From positions 64,001 through 128,000 of IMG/VR virus record IMGVR_UViG_3300030098_007301: a stretch of DNA of 64,000 bases. One strand, written 5' to 3'. This stretch comes from a virus. The notes under the pieces are model-generated. The model was not told the origin of the DNA. It saw only the letters and a list, made by a program, of their open reading frames with translations, and made no database searches. The position numbers were made by a program, and so were the translations under genes. Shown here piece by piece: positions 63,581 to 64,000 of this stretch (positions are counted from its first letter, which is position 1; each line of letters begins with the position of its first letter).

Positions 63581-63710
63581 GGCGTATAGAAGGATTAAAT
63601 TATCTTTAAGATAAAACCTCTGTAAAATACGTCCAATTTATTGAGTAGTGTAGTCACGCTAAAACACTTAATTGTGTAGGTGTTTTAAAACACTTAACTC
63701 GAAAAGGATT

Positions 63711-64000
63711 TTACTCGCCGGGTTTATTTTCGTCAATAACTTTATCGCGTTTATTTGCGAATTCTTTTTTTATGCCTTCCATCCTTTTCTTCATTTCCTC
63801 CCGGTGCTTTTTTCTTAACTCATGCAGCTCCTTGTGGAGCTCCTTCATCTTCTCTCGAAGCTCATTCAATTCTTCGCTGTCTATTTTTTTACCCTTCCAA
63901 TGGTGTCGGCGTTTTTTGCTTTCGATATGCTTTTTTCTTTTTTCTGCCGCCGCTTTAAATCTTTCTTTGAGTTTTTCTTTGTCTACTTTTTCGGGACGAG
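63711..64000 (-). CDS. C-terminal part of a charged coiled-coil protein (starts beyond the right edge)
   Basis: Open frame RPEKVDKEKLKERF...EFANKRDKVIDENKPGE, ending TAA at 63713-63711. Confidence 0.7.
   Translation of the reverse strand, partial: RPEKVDKEKLKERFKAAAEKRKKHIESKKRRHHWKGKKIDSEELNELREKMKELHKELHELRKKHREEMKKRMEGIKKEFANKRDKVIDENKPGE

Noticed and set aside
63755-63958. Plus-strand 67 aa hydrophobic ORF
   Set aside because: It is the antisense shadow of the Lys/Glu-rich minus-strand gene entering from the right edge.
1-64000. tRNA/rRNA genes, introns, inteins, integrase or transposase, alternative genetic code
   Set aside because: None was recognised by eye. Terminase, portal and capsid are uninterrupted and of normal size, and genes tile densely under the standard code.

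Overview
The window is the morphogenesis (late) region of a large tailed dsDNA phage, probably with a non-contractile tail and a diderm host. It is about 37-40% GC by eye, uses the standard code, and is almost all on the minus strand. Read right to left it holds: PhoH and a mini-MscS island; a Cys-rich sigma factor, an ERCC4 nuclease, large terminase and portal; a tail-tube paralog and fibre genes (3791 and 1001 aa); an antisense glycosyltransferase; a structured RNA candidate; holin and spanins; protease/scaffold, decoration and major capsid genes; a collar-like adaptor with 4239 and 2335 aa fibres; neck genes, two more tube paralogs, chaperones and a truncated tape measure gene. Five signals stand out. 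(1) About 34 kb of giant fibre genes are built from permuted modules whose G-N-V-G-I-G-T junctions are codon-locked as ATAGGAACA, suggesting cassette shuffling. (2) One fibre carries three type-1-copper-like His/Cys/His/Met domains. (3) Ser/Thr-Gly is enriched in exterior virion proteins, and a glycosyltransferase lies in the same region, suggesting a glycosylation sequon. (4) A GTGTA motif lies upstream of about 15 genes and is a candidate late promoter. (5) A ~135-nt pseudoknotted, switchable RNA lies behind one such motif. All product calls come from motif recognition and gene order. No searches were run and all counts are manual.
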